The position numbers and the translations under genes are program-made. Source: Planctomycetota bacterium (GTDB lineage Bacteria > Planctomycetota > UBA1135 > UBA2386). Taken from it: DNA of 64,000 bases. The notes under the pieces are model-generated. The model did no database searches, was not told where the DNA came from, and worked only from the letters and a program-made list of their open reading frames with translations. The stretch is from positions 6,432,001 through 6,496,000 of the forward strand of contig JBKAGP010000001.1 in assembly GCA_046290465.1 (NCBI GenBank), written 5' to 3'. Shown in pieces: positions 1-8,370 of this stretch (position 1 is the first letter of the stretch; each line of letters opens with the position of its first letter).

Positions 1-402
1 GCGCTGCAGCTGCACGTGCAGTTCGGCCGGCAGCAGCGCGCCGCGGATCCCGAACGGCAGCAGGAAGTCGCCGGTCGTCCAGAAGAACGGCAGCGGGAAC
101 AGCACCACGTCGTAGGCGCCGTCGATCCACTTCGAGGTGTAGCCCTCCGTGTGCTGGTAGAGGGTGCGCCGGGCCGGCCGGAAGCCGGGCTTCTCCAGCC
201 GCACGACGTGGTCGGTGCCGAAGTTGCCGCCGATCGCGAGCCGGTGCGGCGTGGTGTGGCCGGTGTGCTCGCCGTCGACGTAGATGTGCGCGCCCATCGG
301 GTCGCTCGAGATCAGCACGTTCTGTCGCTCGCGCCACGCCGTGCAGGACTGCAGGCAGGCGAACGTCAGGGCGAGCACGGGCAGCAGGCGGCGCCGGAAC
401 AT
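1..402 (-). CDS. PEGA-domain lipoprotein (3' end runs off the window)
   Basis: Not in the ORF track; translated by hand from ATG at 402: MFRRRLLPVLALTFACLQSC (lipobox) followed by ISSDPMGAHIYVDG..TGHTTP...VRLEKPGF, the typical PEGA pattern. No stop before position 1. Confidence 0.75.
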   Translation of the reverse strand, partial: MFRRRLLPVLALTFACLQSCTAWRERQNVLISSDPMGAHIYVDGEHTGHTTPHRLAIGGNFGTDHVVRLEKPGFRPARRTLYQHTEGYTSKWIDGAYDVVLFPLPFFWTTGDFLLPFGIRGALLPAELHVQLQR

Positions 403-565
403 GTTCTGGATCCTATCGGTTGCGGCCGCCGCGGAAACCCACGCCGTGCCGAGGTTCCCGGGCTTCGTTCTGCGCCGATCATCCGGTAGCATCGTGGCCT
501 CGCCGCGTTTGGTCACGCGGTGTGTCGCTGGAAATCCGGTCAACTTCCGAGGTCAGGTCAACCAA

Positions 566-1771
566 ATGGTCACCCGTCGATTCGCGGGCGCAGCCGCGCC
601 CACGTTCCGTTCGTCGCTGGTCGCGGCGCTGCTGCTGAGCGGCGTCGTCTTCGCTCAGGATCCCGATCCGCAGCAGGCGGACCCGCAGTCCAACCAGGTG
701 CCGTCCAGCGGGCGGCCGTCCAGCGGGCAGGCACCGGGCAAGCCGCAGGACGCCACGCCCGTCTACGGCAAGATCGTCGCCGAGCAGGCCCGCCTGCGCT
801 GCTGGCCGAGCGAGGTCGCGACGCCGCCGGTGTTCGAGGACGTGCTGAACAAGGACCTGATCGTGCGCCTCGGCGAACAGGACAACGGCTTCCGCGCCGT
901 GATCCTGCCGCTCGGCCCGATCGGCTACGTCAGCAAGCGCTTCACCGAGCAGGCCGACGACGGCAGCGTCACCACGACCGGCTCGAAGGTCGCGTTCCGC
1001 TACCGCCCGCGCACCAGTGAGGCGCCGGTCGCGCAGCTGCCCAAGGGCACCGAGGTCTACGTCATCGGCGAAGAGGACGGTTGGTACCGCGCCCGCGCCG
1101 TCGGCGTGCACGCCTGGATCGCCAACGCCGACGTGCAGGAGGTCCCAAGCGACCCCGAGAACGTCAAGGCCTACCAGACGTTCGCCGCAAAGACCAAGGC
1201 CGCGCCACAGCAGCGACTCGACGAGATCGCGGCGGCGCAGAAGCAGCAGGAGCTCGACCGCATCGACCTCGAAGCGGTGCGCGTTGTCGAGGACGCCTTC
1301 CAGAAGGAGCTTAAGAAGCCGATGGAACAGCAGAGCTACGCCGGCCTGCAGGGCGCGCTGGCCAAGGTCGTCGAGGGCCTGCAGAAGGACGGCACCGCGC
1401 AGACCGCGGCCGCGTCGCTGCAGAAGCGCATCGAGACCCAGAAGTGGATCGTCGAGGCCTACGACGTCACCCAGAGCGAACCGCCGAAGGCCGACGACGA
1501 GCCGGTGCCCGAGCAGCCGAAGGACCGCCTCGAGCGCTTCGAGGCGATCGGCTGGCTGCGCTACGAGAGCCGCATCGCGGAGCCGGGCATCTACTACCTC
1601 GAGAAGGGCGGTCGCCGGCAGCACCTGCTGTCGTGCAACACCGGCCGCTTCGACCTGGCGCTGTTCGTCGGCCGCGAGGTCGGCGTCATCGGTCCGCGCC
1701 GCAGCCCGCTCGGCGCGACCCTGAGCACGCTGGACGTCGAGCGCCTCGAAGTGCTCGGCACCAGCCGCTAG
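566..1771 (+). CDS. Secreted SH3-domain protein with coiled-coil C-terminal half
   Basis: Within ORF 284..1771, likely start MVTRRF. Signal peptide ends VFA-Q. Two SH3b-like segments (e.g. VAQLPKGTEVYVIGEEDGWYR...WIA). Confidence 0.65.
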   Translation: MVTRRFAGAAAPTFRSSLVAALLLSGVVFAQDPDPQQADPQSNQVPSSGRPSSGQAPGKPQDATPVYGKIVAEQARLRCWPSEVATPPVFEDVLNKDLIVRLGEQDNGFRAVILPLGPIGYVSKRFTEQADDGSVTTTGSKVAFRYRPRTSEAPVAQLPKGTEVYVIGEEDGWYRARAVGVHAWIANADVQEVPSDPENVKAYQTFAAKTKAAPQQRLDEIAAAQKQQELDRIDLEAVRVVEDAFQKELKKPMEQQSYAGLQGALAKVVEGLQKDGTAQTAAASLQKRIETQKWIVEAYDVTQSEPPKADDEPVPEQPKDRLERFEAIGWLRYESRIAEPGIYYLEKGGRRQHLLSCNTGRFDLALFVGREVGVIGPRRSPLGATLSTLDVERLEVLGTSR

Positions 1772-1820
1772 CCCTAGCCGGCGCCGCCCGGCACCGGCGG
1801 TCGCGCCGCCACCGCGCGGC

Positions 1821-1856
1821 ATCCAAAGGCAGCTCCCTATCCAAAGGCAGCTCCCT
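1821..1856. repeat. 18-bp direct tandem duplication (ATCCAAAGGCAGCTCCCT x2)
   Basis: Read directly from the intergenic sequence. Confidence 0.9.
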
Positions 1857-1988
1857 GCGCAGCACGCCCGGCCGGACGGGCGTGCAAGCGGCCCATGGCA
1901 GCGGGGCGTGCGCGGCGCGTTCTCAGTGTTGACCTCGTCGGCACAGCGAGGCGGCGTCGGTTGCCGAAGAAGGGAGGGAAGCCTCCCG

Positions 1989-3542
1989 ATGCCGCCGACC
2001 CGTCGAATTCCCGCGCTGCTGCTCGCCTGTCTGTGCCTGGCCGACGGCGCGACGGCGCAGCATCCGGCGCCGGTGGTCGAGACCGTGGACCTGGCCCGGC
2101 CGCCGGCCTGGCTCGAGCGCGGCACCGGGCTGCTCGAGGTCGAGGACCCGATGGCGGCGTGGCGGGTGTTCCAGGACGCGCGCGCCGACGGTGCGCAGCA
2201 CCTGGAGCGCGACCTCGGCCTCGGCCGCGCGCACCTGATGCTCGGCCGCGCCGACTACGCGACCGCCTACGGCGAAGCTGCGGTCGCCGCGGCGCCCGGC
2301 CGCCAGGACGCGATGGCCCTGAGCGTGCGGGCGTTGATCCGGGCGCGCCGGTTCGACGAGGCGGTGCGCCGCTCGCGTGCCTACCTCGCCCGCAGCGAAC
2401 GGCCGACCGTCGACCTGCTCGCGGCGCGTGGCTCGGCGCTGTTCCGGGTGCAGCGGCCCGGCGACGCGGCCGCGGCCTATCGCCGGGTCGTCGGCCTCGA
2501 CCTCGGCCACGCCGAGGCGCACCTGCGGCTCGGTTCGGGCCTGCTCGATCCGGTGGTCGTGCAGATCCCGCGCAAGCTGCGCCTGGCCGTCGGCGCGATC
2601 GCCGCCGGCGAACGGGCGCGCGCGATCGAACTGCTGCAGCGGCTGCTGCTCGAGCATCCGGGCCACCCGATCGTGCATCGGCTGCTCGGGGAAGCGCTCT
2701 ACGCCGAGCGCACCGCGCGCAGCATGGCGATGCAGGACGAGGCGTTCCGGCGCCTCGCCGCGACGATGCCGAAGCCGGACGTGCGCGAACTGCGCATCGC
2801 CGAGTTCGTGCCGGCCTACCGCGGGCTCGCGCGTGCGCGGCGCGAGGTGATCGAGCGCACCGCCGCGCTGTTCCGCAGCCGGCTCGACAAGCTGATCCGG
2901 GTCGGCGGCCGCCACGACCTGCTGGCCGAGCTCGAACGAACCACCGACGCCGACGCGCGCAAGAACCTGCGCGGCAGCCGCACGTTCGACGGGCGGGTCT
3001 GGGACGACGTGCGCGGCATCGGCGGCCTGCGCGCCGCGACCGGCATCGAGGCGCTCGACGAGGCGGCGACGTTCGGCTTCGACACGTTCGCGCACGAGGT
3101 CGCGCACCAGGTGCACTTCTTCACGTTCAACCCGCTCGAACGCGCGCGCATCCGTTCGCTCTACAAGCAGGCGATGGCCGAGCGCCGCTGCCTCGACTAC
3201 TACGCGGCCAGCAACGAGGCCGAGTACTTCGGCCAGGGCGTCGAGGCGTTCGTCAGCCTGGCCAAGCGGCCCGGCAGCGAGACGACGCACGGCCACACGC
3301 GCTGGGAGCTGCTGCGCGTCGATCCCAAGCTGTATGCGTTCCTCGTGTCGCTGGTCGACTTCGACCCGCTGCTCGACGGAGCCGCGCGCCAGCGGCTGCT
3401 GGCCGCGTCGGTCGAGGTGGCGCTGCGCTGCGGCCGGCCCGAGGACGCCGCCGTCGCGGCCGAGATGATGAACCCGGGCGAGCAACGAACGCGCTGGCTG
3501 GCGGGGGCCGCGCGGGTGCAGAAGGAGATGCGCTCGCACTGA
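1989..3542 (+). CDS. Secreted TPR-repeat protein with C-terminal zinc metallopeptidase domain (HExxH)
   Basis: Signal peptide ending ATA-Q, helical TPR-like repeats, FAHEVAHQVH motif and downstream YAASNEAEYFGQGV (anthrax lethal factor/MtfA-like zincin pattern). Confidence 0.65.
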   Translation: MPPTRRIPALLLACLCLADGATAQHPAPVVETVDLARPPAWLERGTGLLEVEDPMAAWRVFQDARADGAQHLERDLGLGRAHLMLGRADYATAYGEAAVAAAPGRQDAMALSVRALIRARRFDEAVRRSRAYLARSERPTVDLLAARGSALFRVQRPGDAAAAYRRVVGLDLGHAEAHLRLGSGLLDPVVVQIPRKLRLAVGAIAAGERARAIELLQRLLLEHPGHPIVHRLLGEALYAERTARSMAMQDEAFRRLAATMPKPDVRELRIAEFVPAYRGLARARREVIERTAALFRSRLDKLIRVGGRHDLLAELERTTDADARKNLRGSRTFDGRVWDDVRGIGGLRAATGIEALDEAATFGFDTFAHEVAHQVHFFTFNPLERARIRSLYKQAMAERRCLDYYAASNEAEYFGQGVEAFVSLAKRPGSETTHGHTRWELLRVDPKLYAFLVSLVDFDPLLDGAARQRLLAASVEVALRCGRPEDAAVAAEMMNPGEQRTRWLAGAARVQKEMRSH

Positions 3543-3575
3543 TTTTGGTGCCACCGCCGGCGCGTCCGGGCCCCA

Positions 3576-4265
3576 ATGCAGGTGATGGGATCGAGCGGAA
3601 CGGTGCCGCGGCCGCAGGGCCCGCGCGAGCGGGTGCAGCAGCTCGGCGAGCAGCGGTTGAGCGATGCCGAATGCCTGGCGCTGGTGCTGCGCACCGGCGT
3701 GCGCGGGCTGCCCGCCGAGCAGCTGGCGCAGCGGCTGCTGCGCGAGTTCGGCGGGTTGTCGGTGATGTCGGCGTCGGGGGTGCGCGAGCTGGCGCAGGCG
3801 GGCGTCGGGCCGGTGCGCGCGGCGGCGCTGGTCGGAGCGTTCGGGCTGGCGCGCCGACTCAGCGAGGAGGCGTTCCGTCCGGGCCGCCAGCTGCGCCACG
3901 GCGGTGACGTCGCGCAGGTCGTGCGGGACACGGCGCGCGGGGCGCGTCGCGAGAGCTTCTTCGTCGTGCTGCTCGACGTGCGCAGCTGCGTGCTCGGCCT
4001 GCGGGTCGTGTCGACCGGCGTGGTGGATTCGGCGCCGGTGCACCCGCGCGAGGTGTTCGGGCCGGCGGTGCGCGAGGCGGCCTCGTCGATCGTCATCGCG
4101 CACAACCACCCGTCGGGCGACCCGACGCCGAGCGCCCAGGACCGCGCGGTCACCGAGCGGCTGCGCTCGGCCGGCGCGCTGCTCGGCATCGACGTGCTCG
4201 ACCACGTCGTGGTCGGCGCCGAGCGCTACTACAGCTTCGCCGAGGAGTCGTTCTTCGGCTTCTGA
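3576..4265 (+). CDS. radC: RadC-family JAB/MPN domain protein
   Basis: PRERVQQLGEQRLSDAECLALVLRTG N-terminus; VHPREVF and AHNHPSGDPTPSAQD...DVLDHVVVG motifs. Confidence 0.93.
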   Translation: MQVMGSSGTVPRPQGPRERVQQLGEQRLSDAECLALVLRTGVRGLPAEQLAQRLLREFGGLSVMSASGVRELAQAGVGPVRAAALVGAFGLARRLSEEAFRPGRQLRHGGDVAQVVRDTARGARRESFFVVLLDVRSCVLGLRVVSTGVVDSAPVHPREVFGPAVREAASSIVIAHNHPSGDPTPSAQDRAVTERLRSAGALLGIDVLDHVVVGAERYYSFAEESFFGF

Positions 4266-4342
4266 GGTCCTTCGCGGTTTCACCGGCGGTCCGCAAAGTC
4301 TGCTCGCGGAACCAGACTCCCGGAACCAGGCTTGCGGACCGG

Positions 4343-5323
4343 TCAGCGGTTGCCGACGGCGTTGGCTTGGATCAGGGCGACCAGGAAGTTGCCGTCGAGG
4401 CGTTGGGCGGCGAGGGCGACCACGGAGCCGGGAGTGACCTCGGCGACGTTGGCCAGGCGCACGCCGCTGGTGCGCGGGATCTGGATCGTGACCGGCAGCG
4501 CGCCCTCGAGCACGTTGACCTTGACCTCGGGGATCGGGCGCTGCAGCTCCTGAAAGCGCAGGTCGCAGCTCAGGCCGATGCGGCCGTGCGGCAGGAACGT
4601 CGCGCAGACCTCGGCGCGGTGGCCGCTCCACACCACGTCGACGACCGGATCGGCGACCACCTCGTTGGCGTCCGATCGCTGCACGGTGAAGTCCTTGACG
4701 TAGGACGTCTGGTTGACGACCGACACCTCGGCCTGCTGCAGAGGCAGCACGCTGACCAGCGGCGCGGCCAGCTTGCCGGCCCCGTCGATCTTGTCGCACG
4801 TGGCCAGGAACAGCTTGGCCGCCTCCTTGCCGAACACCGACTGGAACGTGCTCGCGCCGTCGCCCTTCGCTTCGACCTTGGTCAGGTGCTCCCTCAGGTA
4901 CTTGCGGAACTTGCCGGCCGGCACGTCGAGCAGCTGCACCTCGATCGTCAGCAGGTCCTTCTGGTGCTTCTTGGCGGCGGTCAGGATCCGCTCGACGCTG
5001 GCGATGCGCTCGGCATCGGCGAACACCGCGATGCGATGCTCGCCGATCGCCGTCAGGTCGTCGCCCTTGCGCAGCGGCGGGTCGACGAACTGCCGCAGCA
5101 TGCGCGCGGCGCGTTCGCTGGCGGTGGCGTCGAACGGCGAGCGGTCGCCCTTCAGCATCAGCTCGACGCCGGGGCTGCCGTCGCGGATCAGGTCGCGCAG
5201 GTCGAACAGCTGCAGCTGCTGGTCGGTATCGGGCACCAGCACCCGCTGGGCGGACAGCGACGGCGGCAGCATGACCGTGGCGGTCAGCAGCGCAGGAAGG
5301 AGACGAAGGCAGCGAGGGGTCAT
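4343..5323 (-). CDS. Secreted protein with secretin-like (type II/III secretion protein D-like) C-terminal region
   Basis: Start MTPRCLRLL, signal peptide ending LSA-Q. The segment LTIEVQLLDV...LAAPLVSVLPLQQAEVSVVNQTSYVKDF...ADPVVDVV resembles secretin core motifs. Confidence 0.5.
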   Translation of the reverse strand: MTPRCLRLLPALLTATVMLPPSLSAQRVLVPDTDQQLQLFDLRDLIRDGSPGVELMLKGDRSPFDATASERAARMLRQFVDPPLRKGDDLTAIGEHRIAVFADAERIASVERILTAAKKHQKDLLTIEVQLLDVPAGKFRKYLREHLTKVEAKGDGASTFQSVFGKEAAKLFLATCDKIDGAGKLAAPLVSVLPLQQAEVSVVNQTSYVKDFTVQRSDANEVVADPVVDVVWSGHRAEVCATFLPHGRIGLSCDLRFQELQRPIPEVKVNVLEGALPVTIQIPRTSGVRLANVAEVTPGSVVALAAQRLDGNFLVALIQANAVGNR

Positions 5324-5817
5324 CGGGTCAGGCTCCGGCGTTCGTAGGTCTCGAGCACGATGCGCTCGGTACGCATCAGGGGTTCGTGCACGGTGACGGT
5401 GGTGGAAGCGTTCAGGCGCGGCGCGATCTCGACGAGATCGGCCGACAGGATGCGCGGCGGACGCGGTGCCGGCTCGGGCGCCGGCGTCGTCAGCAGCGCC
5501 CACGCGCACAGCCCGGCGGCGACGCCGGCGACCGCGCCGATCGCAGCCGCGCGGCGCCAGCGCCCGGGGCGCCCGGCAGCAGGCCCGGCAGCAGGCCCGG
5601 CATGGCCAGCGGCAGCATCGGCAGCAGGGCCGGTCGACCGGTCGCCCGCGGCCGCAGGGGTCACCAGCAGGCGCAGGTCCTCGCGGGTGCGCGCAAACCG
5701 GTCGAGCAGCTCCGGGTGTCGTTCGAGCAGCTCGCGCAGCGCGGGGTCGTCGAGCGGGTCGATGCGCGCGTCGAGGCAGCGGTCGAGGTGGTCGCGATAG
5801 GCGTCGTTCGGATTCAC
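5320..5817 (-). CDS. Putative membrane-anchored anti-sigma factor
   Basis: GTG start overlaps the ECF sigma stop; short cytoplasmic N-terminus, Ala/Gly/Pro linker and one TM segment (AAAIGAVAGVAAGLCAWALL). Confidence 0.55.
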   Translation of the reverse strand: MNPNDAYRDHLDRCLDARIDPLDDPALRELLERHPELLDRFARTREDLRLLVTPAAAGDRSTGPAADAAAGHAGPAAGPAAGRPGRWRRAAAIGAVAGVAAGLCAWALLTTPAPEPAPRPPRILSADLVEIAPRLNASTTVTVHEPLMRTERIVLETYERRSLTR

Positions 5818-6326
5818 GGGTTGCCTCCTTGGTCGCTGGCGCCGTCGGCGAGGCGTCGGCGGGCGCGGTGCAGGTGGGACTTGACGGTGTTGACCGGCAG
5901 TTGGTGGCGGTCGGCGAGCTGCTTCAGGCTGAGTTCGTCGCGGTGGAAGCCGAGCAGCAGCAGGCGCTCGACGTCGGGCAGCGCCGCCAGCCGGTGCCGC
6001 AACTCGTCGCGCAGCTCGGTCGGGCACGGCACGCTCGGCGCCGGCGCGGCCTGCAGCGCGTCGCTGGTCGGCGGCTGCCGTCGGCCCCGGGCCCGGTGGT
6101 CACAGAACACCCGGAACGCGGCGCGCTGCAGCCAGGCGCGGCCGTTCTGCCGCGGGTCGAACGACGCGCGCAGCTTCCAGACCTTGGCCAGCGCCTCCTG
6201 CAGCACGTCGTCGGCGTCCGCCTCGTGGCCGCACAGCCGCCGCACGAACGCGCGCAGCGTGGCGGTCTCACGGTGCAGGAACGCGCTGAACTGCTGGTCG
6301 TCGATGGCTGCGGCGGCGCCGGACAT
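5814..6326 (-). CDS. ECF-family RNA polymerase sigma factor
   Basis: Region 2 (DADDVLQEALAKVW...FD...RAWL) and region 4 (LSLKQLAD...PVNTVKSHLHRARRRL). Confidence 0.9.
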   Translation of the reverse strand: MSGAAAAIDDQQFSAFLHRETATLRAFVRRLCGHEADADDVLQEALAKVWKLRASFDPRQNGRAWLQRAAFRVFCDHRARGRRQPPTSDALQAAPAPSVPCPTELRDELRHRLAALPDVERLLLLGFHRDELSLKQLADRHQLPVNTVKSHLHRARRRLADGASDQGGNP

Positions 6327-6439
6327 GGCGTTCGTCCCTACCGCAGCGGTGCCGCGGGAAGTTGCACGCGGCCGCGATGTTTTCGGTTCGCTCACCTGGT
6401 CGCACAGCGACCCGGGGCCGCCGCCGTCGATGCTACGCG

Positions 6440-8257
6440 TCAGTAGTCGGTCGCGGCGACGTCCGTCGGGATCAGCGGGAAGAACGTGCTGTCCATCAGC
6501 GCCGACTGCGAGAACAGCTGCGCGCCGAGCAGCGCGGCGGGGATCGCCGGCAGCGTGACCACCGAGGCGCGCGTGATCGGGTCCTGCACCGCGACGTCGA
6601 GGATCGCGTAGTCGCTGAACTGCGCGCCGATGCCGAGGCTGACCAGACCCGGCGCGAAGCTCGGCTGGTTGCTGAAGCTCAGGATCACGAAGCAGAACGC
6701 GAAGCCCTGCACGTTCCCCTGGTGGCTGACCCAGTGCTGCGACTCGCCGGTCAGCCGGTCGTTCTCGGTGCGCAGCGTCGGCGTCAGCGGCTCGACCAGG
6801 TCGACCGACAGCGGGTTGCTGATGCGGGTCGGGTTCAGCAGCGTCAGCGGGTAGGTGCCGGGAGCGAGGCCCTGCGGGATCGAGACCTCGACGGTCTGGT
6901 GGTCGATGACGCGCACGAAGCCGTCGAACCACAGCCGTTGGTCGGCGCCGAGCACGAACGGTCCGAGCGCCGCCTGCTCGACGAAGCCGAGGTCGTTGCC
7001 GGTGAACACCAGCGTGTCGCCGGTCACCGTGTCGATGCTCTGCAGGTTGCCGGAGGTGACGTCGGGCGACGGCAGGATGCACTCGGTCGCCAGGTTGGCG
7101 CGCAGCGAGCCGGTGCCGGTCGGCGCCAGCGTCGCGCCGTTCGGCTGCGTCGTCACGGCGACGGTCAGGTCGACCGCCAGGCCGAAGAACGTGTTGTTCT
7201 GGCCGGCGCCGACGCCGACGTGGGCGGCGATGCTCTGCTGCACCGACAGCTCGCCGCCGTCGTTGTCTTCGACGCCGTGCAGCGCGCCGGCGACCGACGT
7301 GTAGTAGCGCCAGCCGTCGGGATCGACCGGGCCGCCGTTGGCCGCGTACGACGTCGCGAGCAGGTCCTGGATCGGCACCGCGACCGGCGGGTGGCCGGCG
7401 TCACCGGGGTCGACCCGGTTCGAGAACGTCACGTCGAGCGTCCACGCGTCGGCGCGGTCGGTCTGGCTGCGCACCGTGCCGGTCAGCTGCGCCTGGCCCT
7501 GGTCGTCCTCGACGAACCGAACGTCCGGCATCAGCAGGTAGTCGTCGGCCAGCCCGCCGATCGCCAGCGTGCGTCGGCTGCCGTTGGCGACGTGCGCCGG
7601 ATCGGGATCGGTGTGCGAGGCGCAACGGTCGGCCTGCGGCACGAAGTCGGCGCGCAGCTCTGCCGGGCCGGTCGGCGCGAACGGCTCCGAGATCGACGGC
7701 TGCGTGATCGTGACCTGCAGGTCGACCGCGAGGCCGTCGCCGACGTTCTTGTTGTTGGCGCCGGCGCCGAACTGGGCGTTGCTGGTCGCCTGCAGGTCGC
7801 AGCGCAGCCCGGCGAACGCGCGCAGGCCGGTGATCGTGCCGGTGACGCTGGTGTAGTAGACGAACGTGCTCGGGTCGACCGGGCCGGCCGGCGCGTAGGC
7901 CGAGGCCTGCAGCGTGGTGATCGGCGAGCCGGCCGGTGGGTGGGCGGGCTGTCCCGGCAGGACCTCGCCGTCGAACTGCAGTTCGACGTAGAGGTCGCGA
8001 TCGAGCGCGCCGCGGCGCTGGGCGAACACCCCGAGCCGCGCCTGGCCGTTCTGGTCGCGCGACCACTGGCCGTCCGCGAACACGACGAAGTCGTCGGCGA
8101 CGCCGGGGATCGACAGCACGAACTCGCCGGTCTCGACGGCCGACGCATCGGGCGCGGCGACCGTGGCGGTCGCGCGGGGTGGGGCTTGCGCCGGCAGGGC
8201 CGCCGCGCAGGCAGCCAGCGTCGACGCGGTCCATAGGCGAAGACGACGGACTCTCAT
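6440..8257 (-). CDS. Secreted protein with two internal repeat domains, an IPT/TIG-like domain and a shared C-terminal domain (paralog A)
   Basis: C-terminal part of ORF 6440..10228; start MRVRRLRL, signal peptide ending LPA-Q; collinear similarity to 8371..10200. Confidence 0.75.
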   Translation of the reverse strand: MRVRRLRLWTASTLAACAAALPAQAPPRATATVAAPDASAVETGEFVLSIPGVADDFVVFADGQWSRDQNGQARLGVFAQRRGALDRDLYVELQFDGEVLPGQPAHPPAGSPITTLQASAYAPAGPVDPSTFVYYTSVTGTITGLRAFAGLRCDLQATSNAQFGAGANNKNVGDGLAVDLQVTITQPSISEPFAPTGPAELRADFVPQADRCASHTDPDPAHVANGSRRTLAIGGLADDYLLMPDVRFVEDDQGQAQLTGTVRSQTDRADAWTLDVTFSNRVDPGDAGHPPVAVPIQDLLATSYAANGGPVDPDGWRYYTSVAGALHGVEDNDGGELSVQQSIAAHVGVGAGQNNTFFGLAVDLTVAVTTQPNGATLAPTGTGSLRANLATECILPSPDVTSGNLQSIDTVTGDTLVFTGNDLGFVEQAALGPFVLGADQRLWFDGFVRVIDHQTVEVSIPQGLAPGTYPLTLLNPTRISNPLSVDLVEPLTPTLRTENDRLTGESQHWVSHQGNVQGFAFCFVILSFSNQPSFAPGLVSLGIGAQFSDYAILDVAVQDPITRASVVTLPAIPAALLGAQLFSQSALMDSTFFPLIPTDVAATDY

Positions 8258-8370
8258 GCGCCGATAGCATACCCCGCCGGTGGTGGGGCGGCAGCGTCCC
8301 CGGACGAGACGACCTGCGGTGCTCCGGAACGGGACGGCCGATGGCGGCCGCCCCTGCGGCGCTGCCGCGG

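Noticed and set aside
3576..4265. radC as a marker of a mobile element or defence island
   Set aside because: Full-length chromosomal-type RadC with its N-terminal domain; no integrase, transposase or defence genes adjacent.
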